Below, piece after piece: positions 46,266 through 53,557 of a stretch of 64,000 bases of DNA; the first letter of the stretch is position 1; every line of letters begins with the position of its first letter. Source of the stretch: an uncultured Thermoleophilia bacterium (GTDB lineage: Bacteria; Actinomycetota; Thermoleophilia; Gaiellales; Gaiellaceae); the NCBI GenBank assembly GCA_963821575.1, contig CAWGEJ010000011.1:241675-305674 (forward strand), read 5' to 3'. The translations under genes were made by a program, and so were the position numbers. Below the pieces are notes generated by a model. It searched no databases and was not told where the DNA came from. It saw nothing but the letters and a program-made list of their open reading frames with translations.

Positions 46266-48311
46266 CTAGGCAGGCACCGCCTCGTTGTCACGCTTTGCGG
46301 CCTCGATCAGCTTCTGCGCGATGTGCGTCGGGACCTCCTCGTAGCGCAGGAACTGCATGTGGTAGTCGCCACGGCCGCCGGTGAGCGAGGTCAGCGCCTG
46401 GTTGTAGGTCAGCACCTCGGCCATCGGGACCTCGGCCTTGATCGTGGTCAGCCCGCCTTTCGGCTCCATTCCGAGCAGGCGCCCGCGCCGCGAGTTGAGG
46501 TCGCCGTTGATCGCGCCGACCGTCTCGTCGGGGACGGTCACCTCGAGCTCCATGATCGGCTCGAGCAGCACGGGCTGCGCCTGCTCGTACGCCGAGCGGA
46601 AGGCCATCGAGCCGGCGATCTTGAACGCCATCTCCGAGGAGTCGACGTTGTGGTAGCTGCCGTCGACCAGCGTGACGCGCACGCCCTGGACCGGCGCGCC
46701 GGCGAGGTTGCCGTGCTGCAGCGCCTCCTGGATGCCCTTGTCGACCGCGGGCCGGAAGCCCTGCGGGATGACACCGCCGACGATCTTGTCGACGAACTCG
46801 TACCCGACGTGGTCGTCGAGCGGCTCGAGCACGATGTGGCAGTCGCCGAACTGGCCGCGCCCACCGGTCTGCTTCTTGTACCGGCCGTGCGCGCGCGCCT
46901 CGCCCTTGATCGTCTCGACGTACGGCACGCGCGGCTGGTGCAGCTCCATCTCGACGCCGAATCGCCGCCGAGCCCGCTCGACCGCGACCTCGACGTGCAC
47001 CTGGCTCATGCCCGACAGCAGCTCCTCCCCGGTCTGCTGGTCGCGTGAGAGCCGCAGCGTGGGGTCCTCCTCGCCGAGCCTGCGGAGCGCCTGCGCGACC
47101 TTGTCCTCGTCGCCCTTCGTCTTCGCCGACACCGCGAAGCTCATCACCGGCTCAGGGAAACCGAGAGCGGGCGGTTCGAGATCGTGCTCGGCGTCGACGA
47201 GCACGTCGCCGGTCTGCACCTCTTTCAGCTTGGCGACGGCACCGATGTCGCCGACGCCGAAGCCCGCGGCTTTCTCGTGCTCCTTCCCATCCAGCGTCAT
47301 CAGGGAACCGAGGCGCTCCTTGGAATGGTCGCGGTGGTTCACGAGCGTCGTGTCGCTCTTCACCTCGCCCGCATAGACGCGGAAGATCGAGATGCGGCCG
47401 GCGAACGGGTCGGCGACCGTCTTGAAGACGAAGGCCGCGACGGCTGCGTCGGTCTCGATCGGCGAGCCCTTCTTGACCGGGCTCGGCACACCCTCGACGA
47501 TCAGGTCGAGGAGCGCGTGGGCGCCGAGGTTCTTCGTGGCGACGCCGCAGGCGACCGGATAGATCTCGTCGCGGGTGACCGCGTTCTTCAGCGCGGCCGC
47601 GATGTCCTCTGCCGGGATCTCCTCGCCGCCCAGGTAGCGCTCCATCAGCTCCTCGTCCGTCTCGACGACGGCATCGAGCAGCTTCGTCCGGTACTCCTCG
47701 ACGGTGGCAGCGAGGTCCTCCGGGATCGGGACCGGATCGCCCTCGCGCTCGCCGTTCGGATCCATGTACGCGCAGTTGTGCAGCAGGTCGACGACGCCGG
47801 TCAGCTCGTGCTCGGCGCCGATCGGAAGTTGAATCGCGATGCAACGATCGGAGAGCTGCTCCTGGACCGCGGCCAGCACCCGGTAGAAGTCGGCGCGCTC
47901 GCGGTCGAGCATATTGACGTACACGACCCGGGAAAGCTCGAGCTCCTCGGCGCGCGCCCACACGCGCGATGTGTTGACCTCGACACCCATCACGCCCGAG
48001 ACGACGACCAGCGCGCCTTCGACGACGCGCAAAGAGGCGACCGTGTCGGCCTGGAAGCCGGAGTCGCCGGGCGTGTCGATGAAGTTCAGCTTGCGGCCCT
48101 GCCACTCGCAGGCGCAGAGCGACGCGGAGAGCGACATCTGCCGCCTCTGCTCGTCCTCGTCCCAGTCCGAGACGGTCGTCCCTGCCTCGACCGTCCCCAG
48201 CCGGTTCGTCTTGCCCGCCTGGAAGAGCAGGGCCTCGACGAGCGAGGTCTTGCCCGTTCCGCGGTGTCCGACGACGGCGACGTTGCGGATCTTCCCGGCT
48301 TCGATGGGCAT
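46266..48311 (-). CDS. elongation factor G paralogue with degenerate GTPase motifs
   Basis: Internal ATG gives MPIEAGKIRNVAVVGHRGTGKTS... EF-G domain order is kept through ...GGRGDYHMQFLRYEEVP. It has DTPGDSGF in place of DTPGH and NMLD in place of NKxD. Confidence 0.8.
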   Translation of the reverse strand: MPIEAGKIRNVAVVGHRGTGKTSLVEALLFQAGKTNRLGTVEAGTTVSDWDEDEQRRQMSLSASLCACEWQGRKLNFIDTPGDSGFQADTVASLRVVEGALVVVSGVMGVEVNTSRVWARAEELELSRVVYVNMLDRERADFYRVLAAVQEQLSDRCIAIQLPIGAEHELTGVVDLLHNCAYMDPNGEREGDPVPIPEDLAATVEEYRTKLLDAVVETDEELMERYLGGEEIPAEDIAAALKNAVTRDEIYPVACGVATKNLGAHALLDLIVEGVPSPVKKGSPIETDAAVAAFVFKTVADPFAGRISIFRVYAGEVKSDTTLVNHRDHSKERLGSLMTLDGKEHEKAAGFGVGDIGAVAKLKEVQTGDVLVDAEHDLEPPALGFPEPVMSFAVSAKTKGDEDKVAQALRRLGEEDPTLRLSRDQQTGEELLSGMSQVHVEVAVERARRRFGVEMELHQPRVPYVETIKGEARAHGRYKKQTGGRGQFGDCHIVLEPLDDHVGYEFVDKIVGGVIPQGFRPAVDKGIQEALQHGNLAGAPVQGVRVTLVDGSYHNVDSSEMAFKIAGSMAFRSAYEQAQPVLLEPIMELEVTVPDETVGAINGDLNSRRGRLLGMEPKGGLTTIKAEVPMAEVLTYNQALTSLTGGRGDYHMQFLRYEEVPTHIAQKLIEAAKRDNEAVPA

Positions 48312-48349
48312 CGAGTCCTCCTGTGCGCGTAGAACGGGTCGCGCGAATC

Positions 48350-49303
48350 CTATGCCCCGGCCGAGTCCAGGGCGAGGCGGCCCGTCACCGTCCGGTCGGA
48401 GCCGATCGCCCAGGAGATGCGGACCGCGTGGGTGCCGCAGGAGCCGCGGAGCCCGTCCGAGGCGACCTGGGTCACGGTGCCCTGACACGAGGCGCCAGTC
48501 GGGAAGTTCAGGGCGAGCGAGGTCTGCTCGACCTGACCCTGGTTCACGAGCAGGTCGACGCGCAGGCCTGCACCGCCGGCATGGCCGACGACGGAGAGCA
48601 CCGGCGAGGACTCGCTGCTGACGATCTGTGCCGCAACGTCACCCGTAAAGGCGGTCGGGACGGTTGTCGTCGCGCGTGCGGCGACCGTGGTCGCGGTCTT
48701 GTGTGGCGCCTTCGGCTGTGGGGCGAACGCCAGTGCCAGCACAGCAACGACCGCCGACGCGGCGACGCCTCCTACCGCACCAAGGCTGACCGTGCTCGCG
48801 AAGCGCCCGAGAAACGCAAGCCCGACGCTGCAGACAGCCACTCCGACGAGCGCGATGAACCAGAGGTCCTGCCGGTCTGTGCCCGAGAGGAGCCCGTGCG
48901 CAGTTGCGGTCAGCCACACCGCGAGGGTCACGTAGTGAATCCGGCGCCAGACGCGGAACGGCAGCCGCGTGCGCACGAGATTCGAGAGCGCGACCGCGAG
49001 CAGAAGCAGCGCCGAGGTGATCCCGAGTCCCACGCCGAACGGGCGGTAGGAGGTCTGGAACGGGATCACGAGCTGCATGATCGAGATCGGGACGACGCGA
49101 TCGGCGAGCAGCGCGAGCCCGTGCAGAGCCAGGAAGACCCCGGTGAGGATCGCGAGGAAGCGGTGCACCTCCTGGACCGCAAAACGCGGCCACGTGAATT
49201 TGGCGCGTGCCGACATGAGGACCCCGAGCACGACCGAGGTCGAGAGGAGCAGGTACGCGACGATCCCCGCCGAGCGGGCGACGTACCAGGTGAGAGCAGT
49301 CAT
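48350..49303 (-). CDS. ferric-reductase-like transmembrane domain protein with uncharacterised C-terminal domain
   Basis: 317 aa. The N-terminal 6-7 TM segments carry conserved His residues (EVHRFLAIL, LALHGL, RIHYVTLAVWLTATAHGL). The C-terminal ~125-aa soluble domain contains TGAS. Confidence 0.7.
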   Translation of the reverse strand: MTALTWYVARSAGIVAYLLLSTSVVLGVLMSARAKFTWPRFAVQEVHRFLAILTGVFLALHGLALLADRVVPISIMQLVIPFQTSYRPFGVGLGITSALLLLAVALSNLVRTRLPFRVWRRIHYVTLAVWLTATAHGLLSGTDRQDLWFIALVGVAVCSVGLAFLGRFASTVSLGAVGGVAASAVVAVLALAFAPQPKAPHKTATTVAARATTTVPTAFTGDVAAQIVSSESSPVLSVVGHAGGAGLRVDLLVNQGQVEQTSLALNFPTGASCQGTVTQVASDGLRGSCGTHAVRISWAIGSDRTVTGRLALDSAGA

Positions 49304-50136
49304 GCTGCAGCCTCGAACGGGACGCTGCGCGTCCAGCTGCGATTCGTCACGACGGTGCCGTCATGGTCGACGAACCTCCCGACGAAGTCGCGCTCGTCGA
49401 GCCAGGCCGGCCCAGCGTCACCGAGCAGCAGCGCCGCCTTGGCGGCGACGTCGGCGATCAGGCAGGTCGGCGCGGCAACCGTGACATCGCACCAGCGTGT
49501 GCGTGCCGGCGCGCCGGTCGCGGGGTCGATCAGGTGATGCTGGCGCTGCCCGCCCCGGAGCCAGGAGCGCTTCGTCACGCTGCTCGTCGCGAGGCCGCCC
49601 CGTTCGAGCGTGACCGTGTCGCCGCCGGGCAGCCCGACGACAATGGGCACGGTCGTCGCGAGGTCGCCGCCGGCCGAGACCCACCCTGCACCGAGCAAGG
49701 CGAGTGCGTCGTCCACGGTCTTGCCTTTGACGACGCCGTTCAGGTCGAGCGTGACGGGCGCGGCGCGGAGGAGCATCCGTCCTCGCAGGCTGACCGAGGC
49801 CGACGAGGGGACCGCCGCCGGCTCGACCGCATCGCCGTCAGGGGAAAGCAGCGAGGAGTCGCGGTCATAGCCGGCGGCGAGCACTGCGCCACCGACGGTG
49901 GGGGTGACAAGCCCGTCGGTGGCTCGAGCGGCATCGAGTGCGAGGGAGAGCATCGACGCCAGCTCCTCCGAGACGATTGCGACGCCGAGGGGAGCGGCGT
50001 TGATGCGATTCAGCTCGGAGGTTTCGATGAAACGGCTGAAGCGGTGGTCGCGCGAGTCGAAGAGGGAGCGCACGTCAGCCACCGGCAGCCCGGGGGCCAG
50101 CTCGACCTCGCAGCCCATCGAGCGGAACCTGCTCAC
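49300..50136 (-). CDS. apbE: FAD:protein FMN transferase (ApbE family), no signal peptide
   Basis: The GTG start gives (V)SRFRSMGCEVEL; also TSELNRIN, LDLNGVVKGKTVD and HHLIDPATG. GTGA/ATGA overlaps on both sides. Confidence 0.8.
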   Translation of the reverse strand: MSRFRSMGCEVELAPGLPVADVRSLFDSRDHRFSRFIETSELNRINAAPLGVAIVSEELASMLSLALDAARATDGLVTPTVGGAVLAAGYDRDSSLLSPDGDAVEPAAVPSSASVSLRGRMLLRAAPVTLDLNGVVKGKTVDDALALLGAGWVSAGGDLATTVPIVVGLPGGDTVTLERGGLATSSVTKRSWLRGGQRQHHLIDPATGAPARTRWCDVTVAAPTCLIADVAAKAALLLGDAGPAWLDERDFVGRFVDHDGTVVTNRSWTRSVPFEAAA

Positions 50137-50450
50137 GATCCTGAGCTCTGGACGACCGGCGGGCTCGCGGCCGGCGCCGGGCTGACGGAGCTGCCTGAGC
50201 TGCTCGAACCACCGGAATCGTCGGAGCTGCTGGAGCCGGTCAGGCTGTCGGCGGCGGCCTGCAGCGAGCTCGACTCGCTCGGGATCGCCGCCTGCGCCGA
50301 CGTAGCCGAGCTATGGCTGTGTGTGCCCGGATGTGCGGCACGGGCGACGACGGCTCCGCCGGCGAAGGCGCCTGCGGCCGCCACACCGATCACGTACCGG
50401 GTGATCCGCACGCGGCGGTGGGCTGCATCCATTCTTGACGGGCGGCTCAT
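50133..50450 (-). CDS. small membrane-anchored Ser-rich protein
   Basis: 105 aa with one TM (YVIGVAAAGAFAGGAVVA), then HPGTHSHS and a low-complexity Ser/Gly/Asp tail ending in the GTGA overlap with apbE. Confidence 0.5.
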   Translation of the reverse strand: MSRPSRMDAAHRRVRITRYVIGVAAAGAFAGGAVVARAAHPGTHSHSSATSAQAAIPSESSSLQAAADSLTGSSSSDDSGGSSSSGSSVSPAPAASPPVVQSSGS

Positions 50451-50516
50451 GTCCTCAAGCCTGCCGGGCGGCCCTAAGCCGCAACTAAGGCGTTCGTTCA
50501 GATTCCCTATGGATTC

Positions 50517-51287
50517 TCAGACGCGGGCGGTCGCGCCTGCGAGGCGCGACTTCAGCCGGAGAATCGCCTTCGTATGCAGCTGGGAGACCCGCGACTCGGT
50601 CACACCGAGCACCTCGCCGATCTCCCGCAGGGTCAGCTCCTCGTAGTAGTAGAGCGTGACCACGAGCTTCTCCCGCTCCGGCAGGCGGGCGATCGCATCA
50701 GCGAGCGCCTCTCGCGTCTCCGTCTCGTCCAGCGCCTCCGCCGGCCGTGGCCCGGAGGTGTCCTCGATCGTGTCGAGCAGCGAGACCTGGTCACCTTCGC
50801 CCGAGACCGACCAGAGCTCGTCGAGCGCTGCGATCGAGGAACGCGAGATGTCGGTCAGCGAGTCTTCGAGCTCGGCGACCGTGATGCCGACCTTCGCCGC
50901 GATCTCCTCGTCGGTCGGCGCGGTCCCGAGCTTGGCCTCGAGCTCGCCGATCGCGCGCTCGATCTCCCGTGCGCGCGAGCGGACCGAGCGCGGCACCCAG
51001 TCGAGGGCGCGCAGCTCGTCGATGATCGCGCCCTTGATCCTCGCGATCGCGTAGGTCTCGAACTTGATGTCGCGACCTGGGTCGTAGCGCTCGATCGCGC
51101 CGATCAGACCGAGCAGCCCATACGAGACGAGGTCGCCTTCGTCGACGTGCGCCGGCAGTCCGGAGCCGAGCCGGCCGGCGACGTACTTGACGAGCGGCGC
51201 GTAGGTCAGGATCAACCGGTCACGGATCGCCTTGTCGTTCGTCCGGCGATATTCGAGCCACAGTGTCTGCGTGTCCTCCCCTGCCAC
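50517..51287 (-). CDS. RNA polymerase sigma factor, FliA/WhiG (group 3) type
   Basis: 256 aa with region 2 (DLVSYGLLGLIGAIERYDP, FETYAIARIKGAIIDELRALDWVPRSVR) and region 4.2 (TLREIGEVLGVTESRVSQLHTKAILRL). Confidence 0.8.
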   Translation of the reverse strand: MAGEDTQTLWLEYRRTNDKAIRDRLILTYAPLVKYVAGRLGSGLPAHVDEGDLVSYGLLGLIGAIERYDPGRDIKFETYAIARIKGAIIDELRALDWVPRSVRSRAREIERAIGELEAKLGTAPTDEEIAAKVGITVAELEDSLTDISRSSIAALDELWSVSGEGDQVSLLDTIEDTSGPRPAEALDETETREALADAIARLPEREKLVVTLYYYEELTLREIGEVLGVTESRVSQLHTKAILRLKSRLAGATARV

Positions 51288-51303
51288 AAAGTGAGAATAC
51301 GCG

Positions 51304-51465
51304 CTAGACCCTCGTTTTCCTTAGTGCGGAGTACGCCAGCGACCCCATCCAGGCGGCGAGGGCGGCCGAAGCGACCGCGATCGGCCACTGGGAGGCCGTC
51401 GCGCTGTAGACCGCAATCGCGGTGAACGCCGCGGTGATCAGGCTGAACAGCAGGGCCAGCGGCAC
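51304..51465 (-). CDS. possible small two-TM membrane protein (not in the ORF track, 53 aa)
   Basis: Hand translation from GTG: VPLALLFSLITAAFTAIAVYSATASQWPIAVASAALAAWMGSLAYSALRKTRV*. Third-position G/C bias is strong and typical of coding DNA here. Confidence 0.35.
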   Translation of the reverse strand: MPLALLFSLITAAFTAIAVYSATASQWPIAVASAALAAWMGSLAYSALRKTRV

Positions 51466-51493
51466 GGGGCGATGCTACTGCGGAAGGCGCCGA

Positions 51494-51499
51494 TACAAT
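51494..51499 (+). promoter_or_regulatory. candidate -10 box TACAAT for tRNA-Trp
   Basis: A TANNNT hexamer 14 nt upstream of the mature 5' end, within GCCGATACAAT. Confidence 0.35.
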
Positions 51500-51513
51500 C
51501 GCCACCGCAACCC

Positions 51514-51586
51514 AGGGGCGTGGCGCAATTGGTAGCGCACCGGTCTCCAAAACCGGGGGTTGCAGGTTCGAGTCCTGTCGCCCCTG
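51514..51586 (+). tRNA. tRNA-Trp: tRNA-Trp (CCA)
   Basis: AGGGGCGTGGCGCAATTGGTAGCGCACCGGTCTCCAAAACCGGGGGTTGCAGGTTCGAGTCCTGTCGCCCCTG. Anticodon loop CUCCAAA. Confidence 0.9.
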
Positions 51587-51596
51587 CTCCGAGGAG

Positions 51597-51624
51597 ACCC
51601 CGCCTAGGCGGGGTTTCCTTTTTC
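51597..51624 (+). terminator. rho-independent terminator of tRNA-Trp
   Basis: ACCCCGC-CTAG-GCGGGGT followed by TTCCTTTTTC. Confidence 0.75.
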
Positions 51625-51651
51625 GCCTCACGGAGACACGCGTCCATCTTG

Positions 51652-51700
51652 CCGATTCGAAGAATCGGTACCTGGTACCTCAGGTACCTGACTTGCGAAG
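51652..51700. repeat. KpnI-site-rich palindromic element, copy 2 (three GGTACC)
   Basis: The perfect hairpin CCGATTC-GAA-GAATCGG, then TACCTGGTACCTCAGGTACC, then TGACTTGCGAAG. It is the same as copy 1 minus one AGGTACC unit. Confidence 0.9.
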
Positions 51701-51736
51701 GCGAGGGAGCTGGGATGCCGATGCGAGCGCGCTACC

Positions 51737-51925
51737 TCACGCTTCACAGGCGCTCTGCGCTTCACAGGCGCTCTGCGGTCCGAGCCTCACGGCCGCCAGC
51801 GCCCACCGGCGTGTTCCGATCCTCTTTGCCCACCGCCGCTCGGGTGTCGCGCGCTGCTGCTGCACCCTTTGCCGCGCGCCCTCGTCACGCCCGATGAGCA
51901 TGATTCCGTATCCCAGCTGATCCAT
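51737..51925 (-). CDS. possible small protein (62 aa)
   Basis: AGGAGGAGG-N6-ATG gives MDQLGYGIMLIGRDEGARQR... The C-terminus is formed by the 18-bp tandem repeat. No family recognised. Confidence 0.3.
   Translation of the reverse strand: MDQLGYGIMLIGRDEGARQRVQQQRATPERRWAKRIGTRRWALAAVRLGPQSACEAQSACEA
51741..51776. repeat. perfect 18-bp tandem duplication
   Basis: GCTTCACAGGCGCTCTGC x2. On the minus strand it encodes QSACEA-QSACEA at the end of a small ORF. Confidence 0.9.
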
Positions 51926-52146
51926 CGCGGGCCTCCTCCTTGCGGTCACTTCTAAGAAGCTCAACGCGCGAAGAACTGATCAGATTCCTGGCCCGCCCGT
52001 CCCGGGCCGACGGGCCCGAGACGGATCTCGCCTAAGCGCGTTGCTTTGAGGCTGTTTCGCAGGGGAGTTCGAGCCTGCCTGCCAAGCTTCCAAGGGAAAG
52101 AGGGGCAGGTGACGAACCTGGTCTGACATCAACCTGGAGGTGTCGC

Positions 52147-52548
52147 GTGGCTTCGTCACGCACGTGGAGTGGTTGGGTCGGCTTCGCAGCACTGATGCTG
52201 ATGGTGATCGGCTCGCTCGACTTCTTCGAGGGACTGATCGCCGTCATTCGCAAGGGCTACTACGTTGCCGGGCCCAACCAGATCATTCTCGTCAACACGA
52301 CGACGTGGGGCTGGGTCACGATGCTCCTCGGCGTCGTGCTCTTCCTCGTCGGGCTCGGCCTCGCCAGCGGATCAGGTGCGGCGAGGTGGACGGCGATCGT
52401 CCTGCTGGTGCTGAATCTGCTCGAGCAGCTGGCATGGCTCGGCAACACGGCCTACCCGCTCTGGACGCTGACCATCATCGGCCTCGAAGTCGTCGTGCTG
52501 TACGCGCTGACGGCTCGCTGGCACGACGCAGTCGCGGAGCCCCTCTAG
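52147..52548 (+). CDS. conserved actinobacterial 4-TM membrane protein (DUF7144-like)
   Basis: GTG preceded by GGAGG; 133 aa: WSGWVGFAALMLMVIGSLDFFEGLIAV...TTTWGWVTMLLGVVL... Confidence 0.6.
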   Translation: MASSRTWSGWVGFAALMLMVIGSLDFFEGLIAVIRKGYYVAGPNQIILVNTTTWGWVTMLLGVVLFLVGLGLASGSGAARWTAIVLLVLNLLEQLAWLGNTAYPLWTLTIIGLEVVVLYALTARWHDAVAEPL

Positions 52549-52622
52549 CCGAATACAGCGCAAAGCCCGCGGCGATCAGATCTCTGGTCGGCCCGCGGGC
52601 TTTGCGCTGCGGGGCTCGAGCG

Positions 52623-53276
52623 TCAGGAGCCCGTGGCCATCACCGCCTCAAAGGCGGGCTCGGCACGCACGGCGTCGAGGTCAGAGTCGCCCTTGGCGTA
52701 GTCGCGAAACCGACCGGACAGCTCGACGGCCCTCTGAAGATGCTCGACCGCCTCCGTCGTCTGGCCGGTCAGGCTCTCGCAGCACGCAAGGTTGTAGAAC
52801 AACAGCGCGTACTGCGGGTCCGTCGCGACGATCTCCCGTAGACGCGCGACCACCTCGGCGTACTCGCCCGCTTCGTACTGCTTGCGGAGCGGGTACCAGA
52901 GCTCCCAGCCGACCGGGTCGTACGGCTTGCCCGGCGTCCCGCCGACCGCGATCACCGTCGTTCCCGCCTCCTCGGCGAACGCGGTCCGCTTCACGTTGCC
53001 CGGAACGAACACACACGTGCCCGCCGGCGCATCCCGTCGTTCGCCGTCCAACTCGAAGACGGCCCGTCCGCGGGTCACGATGTACAGCTCTTCCTGCGAG
53101 AACGGCTCATCCTCCGCGTGCTCGTTGATCACCCTGTCGCCGGCGTTCTCGCCGACCCAGGCGTTCACGCCGAAGGCCGTGATGCCGAAGTGGTGGCGCA
53201 CCGGCCGAATCGGAACCTCACCAACCGGTTGGAGCACGTCGATGTCGTCGATGTGCGTGACCGCGTATCTGCTCAA
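52623..53276 (-). CDS. cupin domain protein with C-terminal TPR-like helical region
   Basis: A TTG start preceded by AAGGGGG gives LSRYAVTHIDDID...GVNAWVGE...ELYIVTRGRAVFELDG. The C-terminus has YALLFYNLACCESLTGQTTEAVEHLQRAVEL. Confidence 0.65.
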   Translation of the reverse strand: MSRYAVTHIDDIDVLQPVGEVPIRPVRHHFGITAFGVNAWVGENAGDRVINEHAEDEPFSQEELYIVTRGRAVFELDGERRDAPAGTCVFVPGNVKRTAFAEEAGTTVIAVGGTPGKPYDPVGWELWYPLRKQYEAGEYAEVVARLREIVATDPQYALLFYNLACCESLTGQTTEAVEHLQRAVELSGRFRDYAKGDSDLDAVRAEPAFEAVMATGS

Positions 53277-53357
53277 GGGAGCCCCCTTTGCCTCGATTCC
53301 CGCCTGCCTGCTCGAACCTCCGAGTCTAGGGTGCCGGGCTCCGCTCGCAGAGAGGGA

Positions 53358-53402
53358 AAGGGGTGGGCAGGCGCCCTCCAAGGAACCGCCTGCCCACCCT
53401 TT
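53358..53402 (-). terminator. GC-rich hairpin H1 (13-bp perfect stem)
   Basis: GGGTGGGCAGGCG-N13-CGCCTGCCCACCC, flanked by AAAG/CTTT. It shares the core GGGCAGGCGCCCT...CGCCTGCCC with H2. Confidence 0.5.
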
Positions 53403-53520
53403 GACGACGCGATGGCCCGCGTCAACGGTCGCGGATCGCGACGATTGGTGAACGGTAGGAAGCGCCGCGCCGCTGCTGGGTAAAGGTTCCGCGAAGAACC
53501 GCAGAAAGCGCGGTGAAACA

Positions 53521-53557
53521 GGCGGGCAGGCGCCCTGGACGAATGCGCCTGCCCGCC
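53521..53557 (-). terminator. GC-rich hairpin H2 (13-bp perfect stem)
   Basis: GGCGGGCAGGCGC-N11-GCGCCTGCCCGCC. On the minus strand it is followed by TGTTTCACC. Confidence 0.45.

Noticed and set aside
51470-51499. GCCGATAC upstream of the tRNAs read as a sigma-28/WhiG -10 box (consensus GCCGATAA).
   Set aside because: No TAAA-like -35 lies at the required ~15-nt spacing. The hexamers TACAAT/TACCAT fit an ordinary housekeeping -10 box.
20795-51700. The two KpnI-rich repeats read as att sites bounding a 30.8-kb integrated island.
   Set aside because: The interval is mostly housekeeping-type metabolism and has no intact integrase, relaxase or phage genes. The repeats are not part of either tRNA, and the only integrase fragment lies at an internal tRNA-Gly. 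A repeat family or operator is more plausible.
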